This document shows positions 8,057 through 18,672 of a stretch of 64,000 nt of DNA, piece after piece. The position numbers and the translations under genes are program-made. The notes below the pieces were generated by a model that was not told the origin of the DNA, made no database searches, and was given only the letters and a program-made list of their open reading frames with translations. Numbering within the stretch: position 1 is the stretch's first letter; the number at the start of each line of letters is the position of its first letter. Where the stretch lies: the IMG/VR virus record IMGVR_UViG_3300043434_000734, positions 149,707-213,706 of that record. The stretch is one strand, 5' to 3'. This DNA comes from a virus. Lineage: Duplodnaviria > Caudoviricetes.

Positions 8057-8665
8057 TTATTTTTTAATTAATCGTTCTTTTAATATATTTTTTACAGTTT
8101 CTTTTACTATAGATTCTTGTAATTTAACGTAACCTTGTTCTTTACCCAATTTTAAAACTTCATTGTAAATATCCTCAGTTATTTTAGTGTCATTCGGAGC
8201 CAAATACCTTATGTTTCTTAATTTACTTAATAATTCTGGTCCATAAATTTTACCATATTCGTCACCAAACAAAATAGTGTTCATTAAACCTATTTTGTTG
8301 TTTTTACAACCATAATCCCAATCATAGACTTTTTCATCACAATCTTTATAATTAAACGGTTTTGTTGGATTTTGTGCGGCTGGGTATCTTACTTTATAGT
8401 CAATAGTTGTTACAGATTTTTGTGGTTCGGTACTATTCGCTGATTGTTGAGTTGTTGACGATAATGTATCAGTTGTTAGATTCTTTTCATATGTTACATA
8501 ATCACCCAAATCGATTTTATTATGAAACATATTCCAAAATTTCTTTCTACCCTCCGGACTTTGCATATTTGTTTTGAAATAATCATATGTAAACTGTTTT
8601 CTTTGGTCAGAAAATTTTTCACCTAACTTATCCCATATTTTTTTTAATTCTAATTCGTTTACCAT
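8057..8665 (-). CDS. hypothetical protein
   Basis: 202-aa ORF. Confidence 0.75.
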   Translation of the reverse strand: MVNELELKKIWDKLGEKFSDQRKQFTYDYFKTNMQSPEGRKKFWNMFHNKIDLGDYVTYEKNLTTDTLSSTTQQSANSTEPQKSVTTIDYKVRYPAAQNPTKPFNYKDCDEKVYDWDYGCKNNKIGLMNTILFGDEYGKIYGPELLSKLRNIRYLAPNDTKITEDIYNEVLKLGKEQGYVKLQESIVKETVKNILKERLIKK

Positions 8666-8673
8666 AATTTCAT

Positions 8674-9900
8674 TTATTGTTTAAATGGGTCGATAATTTG
8701 TTCTTTACCTGCACTATCTAATTGATTAGGTTTATTTGGTGATATTTTATTTTTTAATGTTTGAGTCAAACTATCAACTTTAGGTTGATATTCTTGGTTT
8801 AAAGAATCTAATTTAGGTGAGATTTTTTTTATTAAAGTGTCTGCTTTATTTTTGATATATTCTTTAGTCTTCTGTACATTAGTTTTATCATTTTTCTTAT
8901 TTTTAATAAAAATCGCATATCGAACAATACTGTCTAATGTTAATCCTATGTAAATAAAAAGAGCATATGGGTTAAGTGACACTATCACCTTTCCAATATA
9001 TTGTGCGGCCGCCTTAACCCCAAAAGTTGTGTAACCATCTGCACCCAATGGTCCCTTAAAAGGACCATCTTCACCAGATGCCCTTACAAGGTCCAACGCA
9101 CCACTAATAGTCGTTGACCCAATAATAACCATACTGGTGTATTTTGAATCTTTTATATTACGAAGAAAATCAACAATTCCATCATTTAATCTGTTAATTA
9201 TTTTTTGTGATAAATTTTTTTCTTCTCCTAATTTTTTCATATTATCCCTTACCTTGACTAACATTTCTTTCTGTTCTGTTGGTGATAGTCTGTCATATGA
9301 TTTTTTTAGATTATTTAGGTGAATTTCAAATTTAGGTGATATTTTTGCAATTTCTTTCTGTACTGCTGAACGTACTTCAAGAATAAATAATTTACGGTCA
9401 GTTGGTCGAAACTTTTTTAAAAGTCCAAAATTTTTCATTTCATCACCAAAAAACGACCATAATTCATCAATATTCTGTGTAAGTGGAGTGACTCTTGGAG
9501 TTTTCGGTATTTTTAAATTTACCACGTCGTTAGCAAATGCGTTTTTAATACCTAATCTATTTGCAATGTTGGCTTTAGCTTGTTTTATTCCCTGTGTGGT
9601 TGTTAAATCTGATACTCTTAATATTAACTCAATTTCCCTTTCTTTATTTGCAATTATTGATTTAGCAATAATCTGTCTATATTCCTTAAACTCGACCCTT
9701 AGTAACGCTTTTGATATTTCCTCGTCGGTGGCTCTAGTGAGTTGTCTAACTGACGGATTAATTTTTTGAACCGCACTTAAAAGTGCCCCGTTTGCCTCAC
9801 CAACACCCTTTCCCGCAGCTCTTAATGCAAATTCAAAGGCGGCTAAGGGACCTTTTATTGCTTCGTTTAACACCTCACTGTGAATTTCCTCTAATTTCAT
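8674..9900 (-). CDS. hypothetical protein, probable virion protein
   Basis: 408 aa, N-terminal VLNEA, two hydrophobic segments, TATTTATT upstream. Confidence 0.7.
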   Translation of the reverse strand: MKLEEIHSEVLNEAIKGPLAAFEFALRAAGKGVGEANGALLSAVQKINPSVRQLTRATDEEISKALLRVEFKEYRQIIAKSIIANKEREIELILRVSDLTTTQGIKQAKANIANRLGIKNAFANDVVNLKIPKTPRVTPLTQNIDELWSFFGDEMKNFGLLKKFRPTDRKLFILEVRSAVQKEIAKISPKFEIHLNNLKKSYDRLSPTEQKEMLVKVRDNMKKLGEEKNLSQKIINRLNDGIVDFLRNIKDSKYTSMVIIGSTTISGALDLVRASGEDGPFKGPLGADGYTTFGVKAAAQYIGKVIVSLNPYALFIYIGLTLDSIVRYAIFIKNKKNDKTNVQKTKEYIKNKADTLIKKISPKLDSLNQEYQPKVDSLTQTLKNKISPNKPNQLDSAGKEQIIDPFKQ

Positions 9901-9923
9901 AATAATAAATATTGTTTTAGTGA

Positions 9924-10922
9924 TTAATCTTCAAAATCCTCAGGTTTCGCAATTTTTTCGTTTGACCCTCTATTAATCATTTTATCTTCTTCTTTTTTTT
10001 CTTTATATTTAAGACCACCATACATCACAAAACCACTAGCCAGTATATCAAACCCAAATCTTTGTAAATTTAAATTTTTATAAAACGCGGCGGCAGATGC
10101 CTTAGGTAATTTACCACTTTTAAGTAAATTATTAATTTGAGTGGCAACTCTTAACGCTTCTTGTTTAGTTGCTACCTTACTCATTACAATCCCCTTAATT
10201 ATATTATTTAATGTATTGGGGTCTTGTTTTAATACTTGCTGTACAATATATTGTTCTTGTTTAGTTAATTTTGATATTGCAGATAAAACCTGTTCTTCAG
10301 TTTTTAATGGTGCCAAATACTTAGCCAACTTTTGCGCCGTTTCAACGGACACCGTTCCTATTTTTAATGACTTACCAATTAAAGGTATAAACGCTAAAAT
10401 TCCTGCAATACCCGCCCCGTAACTATCTTTTTTATTGAAGTACAAATCTGCTGAGGCTATAACGTCCAATCCGATTGAGATCCACAATCCTTGAGCACCG
10501 GGAATAAAACAAGCGGCCAAAATAGATCCTCCCATCAACGCCCATTGTCCCCAAGCGTCCCAATTTGTTTCTTTAGCAATCCAACTTACCAATTCTCTAT
10601 TTTCTCTATTAGATTTTTCCGCAGCTGCAGCGGTACCATATCTTCTATCAAATGCCAAATCATTTTGTTCTTTTAATGGATTACCTTTACCTCTTGTCAA
10701 TTTACTACCAACAACGTCGGACCATTTTGTGACACCGATTTGATTGCTGGATCCTCTAGTTACACCACTTTCCCATTTACCAACTTGTGGATAACCTTTA
10801 CCACCGGCCTGTGCACTTGACGTTCCCGTCTCAGGTTGTGATGAAACGGGTTCCGACTCAGATTGTTCTAATAATTTGAATATGATACCCTTGTATTGTT
10901 TTTCGGTTAAGATTAACTTCAT
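9924..10922 (-). CDS. hypothetical protein with TExQ leader and pre-toxin-TG-like hydrophobic region
   Basis: MKLILTEKQYK; YGAGIAGILAFIPLIGK. Confidence 0.7.
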   Translation of the reverse strand: MKLILTEKQYKGIIFKLLEQSESEPVSSQPETGTSSAQAGGKGYPQVGKWESGVTRGSSNQIGVTKWSDVVGSKLTRGKGNPLKEQNDLAFDRRYGTAAAAEKSNRENRELVSWIAKETNWDAWGQWALMGGSILAACFIPGAQGLWISIGLDVIASADLYFNKKDSYGAGIAGILAFIPLIGKSLKIGTVSVETAQKLAKYLAPLKTEEQVLSAISKLTKQEQYIVQQVLKQDPNTLNNIIKGIVMSKVATKQEALRVATQINNLLKSGKLPKASAAAFYKNLNLQRFGFDILASGFVMYGGLKYKEKKEEDKMINRGSNEKIAKPEDFED

Positions 10923-11007
10923 AACTTATAAATATCCAATAAAAACTTTGAAAACGATACGGATATAATGAAAAATACCCTTTTTTCGGTAAAATATAAA
11001 GTTTAAA

Positions 11008-11379
11008 CTATTCCCCGTAAATTGTCGGGTCTATTTTTGCGTACATTTTAATATATTGACCCGCCTTTGCGTTGGCCTCATCTTCTATTTCACCACCAAT
11101 GTCGGGTGGTTGCGGCCCATCTAAACGACCATCTTCAAACTGTTTGTGATGAACCATTTCGTGAGCGATACTTCTCATAACATCAACTAATGCACGTCCC
11201 TTAGAACATACCTTAATTATCTTATTTTCCTTAGTATAGTCGTAATTTGCGGTAGTCTTCAATCCATCCCTATTATTTTGGATTTTGATTGTAGGTACAG
11301 TCTTAATCTCTAACTGTTCTTTTACAAATTTTACGAAACTATCAAGTTTCTCCTTATTATCGTCATTTAAAAAACTCAT
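11008..11379 (-). CDS. zincin-like metallopeptidase
   Basis: AHEMVHHKQ with downstream EDEANA. Confidence 0.7.
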   Translation of the reverse strand: MSFLNDDNKEKLDSFVKFVKEQLEIKTVPTIKIQNNRDGLKTTANYDYTKENKIIKVCSKGRALVDVMRSIAHEMVHHKQFEDGRLDGPQPPDIGGEIEDEANAKAGQYIKMYAKIDPTIYGE

Positions 11380-11392
11380 ACTACTATAAATA

Positions 11393-11644
11393 CTACAAAG
11401 TTAACTCTTCGGGTAAATCGTTATTTAAAAGATATTGATTTATTAGATTAAGAACAAATTCTTCATCAATATTATCTAAATCATCTTCATAAATTATATC
11501 AGGAGAGTAGTACACGATATCTTCAAAATCAAGTTTTAAAACTCGATAGTAACTATCACCATCCCCTTCAGTAGAAAACTCGACGTACAACATCCCGTTG
11601 TCATCGTTGTAATAGAATTCAAGTATATTCATTGTAAACATCAA
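11393..11644 (-). CDS. acidic hypothetical protein
   Basis: 83-aa ORF; start may be 11632. Confidence 0.7.
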   Translation of the reverse strand: MMFTMNILEFYYNDDNGMLYVEFSTEGDGDSYYRVLKLDFEDIVYYSPDIIYEDDLDNIDEEFVLNLINQYLLNNDLPEELTL

Positions 11645-11728
11645 TAATTATTTGAATTTTTATCAAAATCAAAAATATTATCACTATACGATACAAAAAC
11701 GATATTTTTTTGTTATTATTATTAATAT

Positions 11729-12052
11729 ATGGATTGGTATGTTATTGAATATCTTTATCCGGAATCTTTTAAAAGATTTACGAATACGATGTTTCCAAAT
11801 GTGGGGGTAATAAGTCTTTCAACCTTAGGGTTGTATGATTCTAAAAAACTTTATCATTTTTTTGATAAAGAAGGGATATATTTAACAATTGAAATGTACA
11901 ACCCAAAACAATGGGTGTTTACAATATCGTTAAAAAATGGTATTGTATTTGGACCAACACAAGATTCGAGACCAACAAGGGAAGAGACCGAAACAGATGG
12001 TTTTTTAGAGTGTTTTAGGTTATTAGATAAAAAATTAAAAGAGAATGTTTAA
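11729..12052 (+). CDS. hypothetical protein
   Basis: 107-aa ORF. Confidence 0.75.
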   Translation: MDWYVIEYLYPESFKRFTNTMFPNVGVISLSTLGLYDSKKLYHFFDKEGIYLTIEMYNPKQWVFTISLKNGIVFGPTQDSRPTREETETDGFLECFRLLDKKLKENV

Positions 12053-12063
12053 TACTATTTATT

Positions 12064-12360
12064 ATGGATATGTCAGTTAGTTTTCTTTTACAGGCCACAC
12101 GGGTATTACACGTAGACAACTACGATGATGATGAACTAACTATGATTTATAATTTTATGATAAATCTTGACAATGAGATTTTAAATGATTATAATAATAC
12201 TTGTACCATCTTATCTTATGATAATGATTTAGAGTTATACATAGAAATCGTTGACTCACTTATTACAATTTTTGAGGATAAAGAGGAATACGAAAAATGT
12301 GAACTTTTATTATTTAAAAGAAAAGAATCGGTAGAAATAATAAACAGTAAAACAATTTAA
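12064..12360 (+). CDS. hypothetical protein with UVR-like C-terminal motif
   Basis: FEDKEEYEKCELL. Confidence 0.65.
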   Translation: MDMSVSFLLQATRVLHVDNYDDDELTMIYNFMINLDNEILNDYNNTCTILSYDNDLELYIEIVDSLITIFEDKEEYEKCELLLFKRKESVEIINSKTI

Positions 12361-12364
12361 TATT

Positions 12365-12502
12365 ATGGCGGTTTTTGGAATGTCAGATGCGGAAAGAAAA
12401 AAAATATCCGAACAACATAAAGAACTTGAAAAAAAGGTAAAAGAACAAAAAGATTTAATTAAGAAGGGTTTACAGAAACCTGAAAATAAAAAGACCTCAT
12501 AA
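12365..12502 (+). CDS. 45-aa charged protein not in the ORF track
   Basis: MAVFGMSDAERKKISEQHKELEKK...; stop codon inside a bidirectional hairpin. Confidence 0.6.
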   Translation: MAVFGMSDAERKKISEQHKELEKKVKEQKDLIKKGLQKPENKKTS

Positions 12503-13588
12503 TTAGAGGTCTTTTTTTATGTAATCCAATGCTGAAGATATCACTTGATGCATATCATAATATTTATATTCTGCCAACCTTCCACCAAAATGAATATTTT
12601 CTAACTTATCAACTTCCGATTTGTATTTTAAATATATATTATTATTAGTCTTATCGTTAACTGGATAATAAGGTTCCGTTTCGTTTACTTTATAATCTGT
12701 CGGGTATTCAAATGTTATCCAAGTATTTTCGGTAATCACATCTTTTTCGAAATGTTTATGTTCTATTATACGAGTGTACTGAGTTTCTGAATCGGTATAA
12801 TTCATAACTGCACAACCTTGATAGTTATCCGTGTCCTTTTTAAAGTGTTCAAATCGAGTTGTCTTATATTCCAATTCACCATATTTGTAGTTAAAAAACT
12901 TATCAATCGGACCAGTATATATTACTTTACTGTGTTTAGGTAATTCATCTTTAAAGTAATCCACACCTAACTTCACATCAATACCATTCAATAATTTTTC
13001 AAATATTTGTGTATAACCACCAATTGGTATCCCTTGGTATTTGTCATTAAAATAGTTATTATCATATGTTAACCTAAAAGGTAAACGAGTAATAATTTCT
13101 TTCGGTAGTTCTTTGGGGTCTTTCTTCCATTGTTTAGAGGTATAATGTTTAATTAATTTCTCATACACATCTTTACCCACTAATTTAATTGCCTGTTCTT
13201 CTAAATTGGTTATTTCAGTAATTTCTGAACTTTGTTCCTCAATTATTTTTTTAGCTTCATTAGGGTGAGTAACTCCCCACAATTTATTGAACGTCCACAT
13301 ATTAAATGGTAAAGCATAAATTTCACCTTTGTAATTGGCGACAATCCTTAAACTAAAATTATTAAATGTAACAAATTGATTTATCCATTCCCAAACTTCA
13401 TCGTTTGATGTATGAAATATATGTGGACCGTATGTGTGTATATTAATACCGTCTTTATTTTCGGTATGACAATTGCCACCAATGTGATTTCTATTTTCAA
13501 TTACACAAACCTTATAACCTTTCTTGGTCAACTCGTGTGCACATATTGAACCGTAAAGTCCCGCACCAACAATTAAATAATCGTACAT
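12503..13588 (-). CDS. glf: UDP-galactopyranose mutase
   Basis: LIVGAGLYG FAD motif, HIGGNC, YGPHIFHT, FGGRLAEYKYYDMHQVI. Confidence 0.96.
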   Translation of the reverse strand: MYDYLIVGAGLYGSICAHELTKKGYKVCVIENRNHIGGNCHTENKDGINIHTYGPHIFHTSNDEVWEWINQFVTFNNFSLRIVANYKGEIYALPFNMWTFNKLWGVTHPNEAKKIIEEQSSEITEITNLEEQAIKLVGKDVYEKLIKHYTSKQWKKDPKELPKEIITRLPFRLTYDNNYFNDKYQGIPIGGYTQIFEKLLNGIDVKLGVDYFKDELPKHSKVIYTGPIDKFFNYKYGELEYKTTRFEHFKKDTDNYQGCAVMNYTDSETQYTRIIEHKHFEKDVITENTWITFEYPTDYKVNETEPYYPVNDKTNNNIYLKYKSEVDKLENIHFGGRLAEYKYYDMHQVISSALDYIKKDL

Positions 13589-13589
13589 A

Positions 13590-14429
13590 TTAATTTTTTA
13601 AATGAATAAACCCATCTTTCCATATTGTAGGTATTTTAATCCAATCGTCACACCAAATATCTTTTGGGTCATCATTAACATCAGGACCAAACCAAGTTTC
13701 AGGTGAAACAACAACTTTTTTATCTGATCTTGATAGGTATGCTCCCCACCAAGAAAATGAAGAATTGGAAATAATAAAATGATCACATAACGACAATAAC
13801 CATAATGCGTCACAATCAACATAGTTTTCCACAAACACCAAGTTAGGAAACACTAAATTTTCTTTACACCAATTAATATCGTCACTTAGTACCATAATTT
13901 TATCACAATTTGGTAAATGATTATACGCTTCATTAATATAATCTACAGTTACGACAGGATGTCTTCTTGGTTGTGTTAAATAATCACCTCTACGCACATT
14001 TATTGCCCCAACAGTCGATTTATTTAAAAATGGAAAATCAATCAATGCCCTTTTAACAAATTCTTTAGTTGGTGAAAATAAATCTCTTATCACTTCACTA
14101 TAATTTTTAAAAAATTTATCACTTTGAAACCAGCCAGCATAGGCCGTTGGACAATCGTCATATGGCTTTACATTTTCATATGTGAAAGGGACCCAAACTG
14201 TTTTAGTATCTTCAGTTTGATTGGATAAGTTAATGTTAAAATCTAATTTTCTAAATAAGGTTTTTTCTAAATGACCACTAGATGATTCCGTTTTTGGTAC
14301 AACAAACTGCCGATTAAATTCAATGGATTTGGCATACGCGTGTGCAATTTGAAACATCATATTACCAGTTCTTCCTTGTAATCTACTTGTTATATAATTT
14401 GACTGTAACGTTGTACTATTTTTTATCAT
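13590..14429 (-). CDS. alpha-1,2-fucosyltransferase-like (GT11)
   Basis: GRTGNMMFQ, GWFQS, NVRRGDYL, ISNSSFSWWGAYL. Confidence 0.9.
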   Translation of the reverse strand: MIKNSTTLQSNYITSRLQGRTGNMMFQIAHAYAKSIEFNRQFVVPKTESSSGHLEKTLFRKLDFNINLSNQTEDTKTVWVPFTYENVKPYDDCPTAYAGWFQSDKFFKNYSEVIRDLFSPTKEFVKRALIDFPFLNKSTVGAINVRRGDYLTQPRRHPVVTVDYINEAYNHLPNCDKIMVLSDDINWCKENLVFPNLVFVENYVDCDALWLLSLCDHFIISNSSFSWWGAYLSRSDKKVVVSPETWFGPDVNDDPKDIWCDDWIKIPTIWKDGFIHLKN

Positions 14430-15093
14430 TAATTAAATTATTTTTTTTTACAACTTCATAACTACTTTTAAAAATTTGAACATCGACACTATTACCAGAT
14501 GCGTCTAAATCACTTTTTCCGGCTCGTTGTGGGACTGCAATAGGATAAATTAAATATTTTTTAATATCGTGACGTTGACCCAACCATCCATCGATGGCCG
14601 AATCTTGAAAAGGAACGTATTCGTCTAAAATTCGTTTTATCGCAGTTCTTCGATATCCGACTGCGTGAGTTGTTAAAACAGTTGGTGCTAACATCAGTGT
14701 GTTAGATACGATATCAACTTCTCTAATCGGATGTCCACCAAAATATATCATATCCCAATCGGGAAATTGACTCATTTCGTTTAACCCATTTTCACATAAT
14801 GTTATACCGGGTAATTGATTAGTGTCATTATAAAAATATGCGTCATCCTCAAATATAACAACATTATCTAAACCATCATCATATATTTTTTTAAATAATT
14901 TAAAATATGTTAAACCACAATAACCGTGTTTTTTTATTGGGTCTGGTTCGTTAATCGAATCTTCTGCGGAGACCCGCTCAAAAAATTCTTTTAAACCATA
15001 TTTTGACATTTCATTTTCAAACTCCTCACGTCTATCTGGTCGTCTATCTAAATTAATATAGTACCCCTTGGAAAAATATTTATCAATTCTCAT
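14416..15093 (-). CDS. GT25-family glycosyltransferase
   Basis: YINLDRRPDRR, VVIFEDDA. Confidence 0.85.
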   Translation of the reverse strand: MRIDKYFSKGYYINLDRRPDRREEFENEMSKYGLKEFFERVSAEDSINEPDPIKKHGYCGLTYFKLFKKIYDDGLDNVVIFEDDAYFYNDTNQLPGITLCENGLNEMSQFPDWDMIYFGGHPIREVDIVSNTLMLAPTVLTTHAVGYRRTAIKRILDEYVPFQDSAIDGWLGQRHDIKKYLIYPIAVPQRAGKSDLDASGNSVDVQIFKSSYEVVKKNNLINDKK

Positions 15094-15766
15094 TTAATAT
15101 TTTTTTACAATAATCAATAAAAACTTGTTGTTTATCCCAAACCCTTATTTGGAAATTATGAAATGTCCCACTTTCAAATTCGGTCCCATTACCGTAACCA
15201 AATGGTTTATAACCAAAGTCACCACCATATTGCCAAGTAATGTTGGTTAATGTTTTTGTGGGATATGATAATACAATTTTCCTACCTTGTTTTTCATTCT
15301 CTCTTATAAATTGTTCCGCAACATCAACCTCTGTCATATAACCATCGGGATTTGGGTAATGTGTAAATTTAAAATTTTTACAATTAGACTCCTCCCATAG
15401 TTTTCTGGTAAAACTTAGAAAACTTGGAGCTATAAATGGTGGTGTTTTATGTGGATTCACATCAAAAACGTTAGATGCTTGTGCATTACCATATAACGTA
15501 TTATTATCGGAAATGATTTGAATTGCCCTTGTAACACAATCGTGACTAATAGGTATACTATCGACATCAAAAAAAGTAATTGAATCCCAATCTTTTCTGT
15601 TTACTAAATATTCTTCAATTGCCTCAGCGTGCCTATCACTTCTCAGATTATCTTTAAATTGAATCTGTTCCAATTCAATTCCAAAAAAATCAAATACTTT
15701 TTTTTGTAAGTTGACAATTTCAAATGGTAAATCATTACCGTAAAAACTAACTACATTGTGTTTCAT
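15083..15766 (-). CDS. putative GT-A glycosyltransferase
   Basis: FFDVDSIP DxD motif; inside the glycosyltransferase operon. Confidence 0.5.
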   Translation of the reverse strand: MKHNVVSFYGNDLPFEIVNLQKKVFDFFGIELEQIQFKDNLRSDRHAEAIEEYLVNRKDWDSITFFDVDSIPISHDCVTRAIQIISDNNTLYGNAQASNVFDVNPHKTPPFIAPSFLSFTRKLWEESNCKNFKFTHYPNPDGYMTEVDVAEQFIRENEKQGRKIVLSYPTKTLTNITWQYGGDFGYKPFGYGNGTEFESGTFHNFQIRVWDKQQVFIDYCKKILNEN

Positions 15767-16948
15767 CTATAATTTACTTATTAAATCAACCCACATTTGG
15801 CCAATTTTATTAACATTAAAATTAGATATGATGTGATTCTTACCTCTATTTCTAATATCCTCTTTTATTTGTGGATTTGATTCCAAGAATTTTATCTTTT
15901 CAACTATATTGTCGGTTATAGTGAATTTCCCTTCTAAATCTTTTGTTAAAGGTTCATTTTGCATTTTTTCCACATCAACCCCTTCAGGGAAATCTAACCA
16001 CACACAATAGTTTTCAAAATTTTCAGGTAACGCACCTAACGGATAAGTTACAACAATTGCACCTAAAGCTATGGCTTCCGCAACAACACAAGAGAATGTG
16101 TCTTTATGTACATCTTGATATGGCGTATATAACGGGTAAATAAAATATTCACTTTCGGCGATATTTGTAAAAAGTGTCTTCTTATCTACACCATTGTGTA
16201 AATTAAAAAAACTATCTTGGTGATGATGAGTTGCCATTAAATAATCAAAAGCGTGAAACTCACTATCCTCAAAATTTAACTTCCTAACTGCTTCTATTGA
16301 AACATTACCACCTCTAGCCCAAGCTGCGTGAAAAACAAATTTGTGTGGTTTTCTTTTTGGTTTAGAATATAAAACTTCTTGAATCATTTCATCCATAACA
16401 GGATTAGGAATTAAAGAAATTTGTACATTTTTAATTGATGTTTCATTATTTTTTATTGAACTTGTTAAAGGACCGGTCATATTTTTTTCCCATTCGGAAA
16501 TATGCACAAACCCTAACGATAAATTGTTTTGTTTTACGTAATCCTTAATATGGTCAATGCCGTATATCCATTGCATATGTGACCAATATATTAAACCTTT
16601 AGTAACTTTGATTGGTAATTTATCATAATCCTGAAACCATAACATACTAATGAGGATATCAAACTCTTTATTTTCAATTCCGTCAAAGTTAATATTTGTG
16701 TACTTAACACCATAAAATTCTTCTCCGGGTGTGTAAACTCTACCCTTTTCTTTATATTCAATTTCAAGTTTTTCTTCCAATTTATCGGCAACAAATACAA
16801 CATCGTGCCCTTGCTTGGATAAGTATTCAGCGACTAATACTGAACTAGTGTCAGTCCCTGAACCGCCCCCATTTCCATATCTTAAATTGTACCCATTCAG
16901 GTAATTACTTCTTCTACTGTTACCAATTACTATTAATGCTATTCTCAT
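15767..16948 (-). CDS. GT-B (GT4-like) glycosyltransferase
   Basis: DTFSCVVAEAIALGAIVVTYPLGALPE. Confidence 0.8.
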   Translation of the reverse strand: MRIALIVIGNSRRSNYLNGYNLRYGNGGGSGTDTSSVLVAEYLSKQGHDVVFVADKLEEKLEIEYKEKGRVYTPGEEFYGVKYTNINFDGIENKEFDILISMLWFQDYDKLPIKVTKGLIYWSHMQWIYGIDHIKDYVKQNNLSLGFVHISEWEKNMTGPLTSSIKNNETSIKNVQISLIPNPVMDEMIQEVLYSKPKRKPHKFVFHAAWARGGNVSIEAVRKLNFEDSEFHAFDYLMATHHHQDSFFNLHNGVDKKTLFTNIAESEYFIYPLYTPYQDVHKDTFSCVVAEAIALGAIVVTYPLGALPENFENYCVWLDFPEGVDVEKMQNEPLTKDLEGKFTITDNIVEKIKFLESNPQIKEDIRNRGKNHIISNFNVNKIGQMWVDLISKL

Positions 16949-18201
16949 TAGATTGTTTTTTCGTATCTGTCACTCCATTGTTTATCCTCATCAAATAAAT
17001 ACATCACAATTTTATTCGGTTTTTCGATTGTTTCTAAAGTTAAAGTGGTTTTATTCATTTCTAAGTTAACATATTGTGGTTCCGATTCAATTGTAAAATC
17101 TTTACGATACAATTCAAGACCTGATAACGTATGAACAGCAAAAGTCATAAACTTAGGTTTTTTAAAGTCAAATCGTTTAAAAAATTCAACATCCCATTCT
17201 AATGATAATTCATATTTATTTTTAATAAATTGGTTTTCCCAATCCGAAGGGTTAGGTGGTTCGTTAACCTTTAATGTATAATCTTGGATTACACATTTTT
17301 TAAAATCAAAACCTCCATAAACTTCATAATCGTGTAATGTCCTAACCGTACCTAAACCATATTCACCCATATCAATTCCATATTCTTGGGTTCCGAATAG
17401 TTGTCTAGTTTTATTACGTGCAAAAACGTCACGTTCCCCACTCGTTTTTTTAGTTTCACTATTCACCCCGTGATCATCCCAATGTTTTACACGATAATTT
17501 CTAGTGTATTCGTGCCACATAATCATACGGTATGGACTATAAAAATCATAACCATTAGTGAATGCTCTAACACTTAATGTCGTTTCTTCGGTATACCCAC
17601 CAAAATAAATGTCAGGGTCGTACGGTACTTCTTTAATGAATTCACCTGAAGTAAAATAGAAGTGACCACTAATTGTTCTTGCCTTTATTACCCTATTTCT
17701 CGACTTGTAATCTTGTATATACCAAGGCATACTCATCAATAATCTATCACCACTAAATTCATATTGTGACATTAAACAAGGTGTAGGTATCCAAGTACTT
17801 TCTTCTGATTTGGGGTCAAATGGTGTACAATATGTTGAAATAACCGGTTTTTCCGATGTCCCCAATGCTTGGTTATAATCTTCTAAAACCATAACATCCC
17901 AATCTTGGACAAATCTATGGTGAGAGTCAATTTGTAACGTATACTCCTCATCATCGTACAATGTATTAGTGATATGACGTGCCCAACCAAGACCCTCACT
18001 TTCACTATAATGATGTTTACTTACCCTAAATTGTGGATTACCATCAAACATATCAATTGGTTCACTACTATCGTATTGCCAACAAATACCAAACACTAAA
18101 TTTTTAGGGTTTTTAGCTTTTTTTATCATATCCTCGATTGTGGGAACCAATTCAGGATCACGATATGAGGCTATTTGTACGAAAATTTTTTCTTTCTTCA
18201 T
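16948..18201 (-). CDS. GT60-like GlcNAc transferase (Skp1 Gnt1-like)
   Basis: IFVQIASYRDPEL, GLGWARH, YTLQIDSHHRF. Confidence 0.85.
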   Translation of the reverse strand: MKKEKIFVQIASYRDPELVPTIEDMIKKAKNPKNLVFGICWQYDSSEPIDMFDGNPQFRVSKHHYSESEGLGWARHITNTLYDDEEYTLQIDSHHRFVQDWDVMVLEDYNQALGTSEKPVISTYCTPFDPKSEESTWIPTPCLMSQYEFSGDRLLMSMPWYIQDYKSRNRVIKARTISGHFYFTSGEFIKEVPYDPDIYFGGYTEETTLSVRAFTNGYDFYSPYRMIMWHEYTRNYRVKHWDDHGVNSETKKTSGERDVFARNKTRQLFGTQEYGIDMGEYGLGTVRTLHDYEVYGGFDFKKCVIQDYTLKVNEPPNPSDWENQFIKNKYELSLEWDVEFFKRFDFKKPKFMTFAVHTLSGLELYRKDFTIESEPQYVNLEMNKTTLTLETIEKPNKIVMYLFDEDKQWSDRYEKTI

Positions 18202-18311
18202 TTTATAGTTATTTTTTAATAATATAGTTAAAAATGACCAAATAAAAAAGACTCGATTTCGTTTTATGGATTTTTTTTGGTATATTTTATAGTAGATAAT
18301 TGAGATACTTA

Positions 18312-18668
18312 ATGAGAAAAATTTACCAACCTATTGTCATCGAAAAGGCTAACGAAATTCTTTACGTGTTAGAAGAGACCAACTTCTTTAAAGATTATGA
18401 GATTGAAAATTTTGATTTTGCAATAACTTATATAAATGACAAATTAACTGAAAAGTTTATTGACGGAAAATTAGATGAAGATTCTGAAAATTTATTTACC
18501 GAAGATGAATTTGATGTGATATTACGTGAAATTGTTGCGGGGAGTATATTATATGAATTAAAAGAAAAAGGATATGTTAATTCTTATGAAGACGATCAAA
18601 CCGAAGAGACCTTTTTCTTAACTGAAATAGGTCGTAAAATGATAGACGAAAAAGGGACTCTTAGATAG
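18312..18668 (+). CDS. hypothetical protein
   Basis: ATG at 18312; C-terminal FFLTEIGR resembles a winged-helix wing. Confidence 0.7.
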   Translation: MRKIYQPIVIEKANEILYVLEETNFFKDYEIENFDFAITYINDKLTEKFIDGKLDEDSENLFTEDEFDVILREIVAGSILYELKEKGYVNSYEDDQTEETFFLTEIGRKMIDEKGTLR

Positions 18669-18672
18669 TCCC

